Positions 62,151-64,000 of a stretch of DNA of 64,000 nt are shown here, one piece after another. The translations under genes were made by a program, and so were the position numbers. Source of the DNA: Felis catus (lineage: Eukaryota); the NCBI RefSeq assembly GCF_018350175.1, contig NC_058372.1, positions 48,858,001 to 48,922,000 on the forward strand, written 5' to 3'. The notes beneath the pieces were generated by a model, which did not search any database, was not told the DNA's origin, and saw only the letters and a list, made by a program, of their open reading frames with translations. Each line of letters starts with the position of its first letter. Positions within the stretch are counted from its first letter, which is position 1.

Positions 62151-64000
62151 GGAAATATGTACTTGAAAGCCCATCCTGGTTTTGTGCTCTCACCACAGGG
62201 AGCGTCAGCCCCCTGCCCCTGCCTGTGGCTCTCCTGGCCGTGTTCACCACTGGCAGCAAGAGGGTCTTCCACAGGCACACATTGCTATGTTAACTGGGAA
62301 CTCTAGCTCACTGAGAGTCAGAATCCAGAGAGTGACACATATGACAGAAGATGGATTGTATTTCCTTTTTTTTTTTTTTTAAATTTATATCCTCTGTCTG
62401 AGTGAAGGAAAAGGAAAGGTAGGTGCAGTGATATTCTGATGCTTTGAATTAATGGAAATTTTGTAGCTCAGACCTTTTCAACCACATGGATATGAATGTT
62501 TCTAACGGATCATATACTATGTATCCTGTCAACACACATACACATGCATGTTCACACACACATGCACGCACACACATGTACACGCCCTCATGCACACACT
62601 GCTACACAGCCTGAGTCTAGGTTCAGCCTTCGAATCCTTCTCAGCCGAGTTACAGGCAGCCATTTCCAGTGGGTCGAAGTCATTTGTGAAAAGTATTTAT
62701 ATTAATGCAGAGTCATGGACAGTTTGGACTGTGCAGGTCAATGCTAGGACTTTAAAATGGTCATGATGTGCTCATAAGGGTAAGATCTCAGGCCTTCTGT
62801 AAAATATCAAACAATTTGTTGATACCTTTTGCTGTATTCTTTCCCTGTGGGCCCCTCATTACCTAATTGATCGCCTGAAAGACTAAATGTGGGTGATCTA
62901 AGGATTTGGTATCCTCTAAAAGTTTGATCACTCTTTGTTAATGATTAATCATCCAGCTTCAGCATCTCTTAATAATGTATTGCTCTTCAGGGTCCTCACT
63001 ATGGTCACCTCTAGGCAAGGATACCTTTGAGAACCAGGGCAACTGGAGGGCAAAATACAACTCACAAGCCCTCCCTAAGCCTTTGGGAAACAAAATCTCT
63101 ACTTAGTTAAGGCTAAAAGCCAAGGCAAAAGAATAAGTCTAGGTCCGAATGTATGTCATAGATTTGAGGAGGTTACAACTAGACTCAGTGAAAGACTTCC
63201 TCAGCCTTGGTGATCTGCTAAGAAATTTTCTATTTTCTAACTGTTACCAGGTGAAGCCTGAGAGGACAATTTATTGCCAACCTCAGGGCTAACTTATGGA
63301 AAAGAATTACTGGTCCACTGGATAGTGTAATATCTGAGTCACACTTAGCATCAAGCCTTACGAACAGGAATTAGTTTCTTGTATATGATAATGCAGTGAC
63401 TTGCGTGCCAAGATAAGGAAGTGGAAGATCCACATGGTGTCTGTCAACTGACAGAATTTCTGAGGAGATTGAGGGCCAGACTCTGTATGAGCTGGCACTC
63501 CCACGAGGGCTTCTGGGCCTGTTCCACCTCCAGTATATTTCAATGAATTTATATCTCTAATTTCTCTAACTCTTGCTCTTTCTCTGTGTCTTTGGGCACT
63601 TCTAATGCTAGCCTTAGCTGGATATAGGAAATTGAATTATGTGAAAATATGAAAATGCAAATGAGAGTCATGGATATTTCTGGGCCTTTTGCCTCTGGCT
63701 CAGACCTACAAATGGGAAAAGATGGGATGTAAGCAAACTGGCTAGAATGTTCTAGTTTCCAACACGGCTTTGGTCATATTAATGCTGATGAATCAGTAAG
63801 TACTATATTACCTCATTCATACAATTGCTGTTTTTTCTTCTCAAATATTTCTAGACTTGTTTCTAGAATCTCATTTGAAATATATGTTGGAAATACAATG
63901 GATTTGCTAAAAGTTGCAAACCCATAAGTGCCCATTTGAGAGAGAGATTAGACTAAATAAATATCACAGCAATGCTGCTCCAGCTACTTTATCCTCATGA

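Noticed and set aside
1..64000. A novel multi-gene biological system
   Set aside because: No non-transposon coding sequence or RNA gene is supported; known mammalian repeats plus unique non-coding DNA explain the window

Overview
Mammalian non-coding DNA (intronic or intergenic), almost certainly from a felid. The youngest tRNA-derived Can-SINEs match the cat SINEC_Fc type (5' GGGGCGCCTGGGTGGCGCAGTCGGTTAAGC...). I found no host protein-coding exon, RNA gene or CRISPR array. The long ORFs belong to LINE-1; the rest of the ORF track is SINE-derived, microsatellite-derived or chance. Main contents: (1) one full-length but inactivated L1 on the minus strand (45957-53187; 11-bp TSD, ~2.1-kb 5'UTR, disrupted ORF1 and ORF2); (2) a 5'-truncated L1 on the plus strand and two ancient L1/HAL1-like relics; (3) 20 Can-SINEs (12 minus, 8 plus), most with visible TSDs and four very young; (4) many ancient MIR, L2, CR1/L3, MLT1, ERVL-LTR, hAT and Tc1/mariner fossils; (5) microsatellites. 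I do not see a previously undescribed biological system. The best leads are an antisense-oriented GC-box/CTCF/NRF1-like/YY1 cluster and a ~212-bp tandem array inside the L1 5'UTR, a nested tail-to-tail SINE pair, and candidate polymorphic SINEs. Repeat subfamily names come from remembered consensus motifs, not a database search, and boundaries of the ancient elements are approximate.
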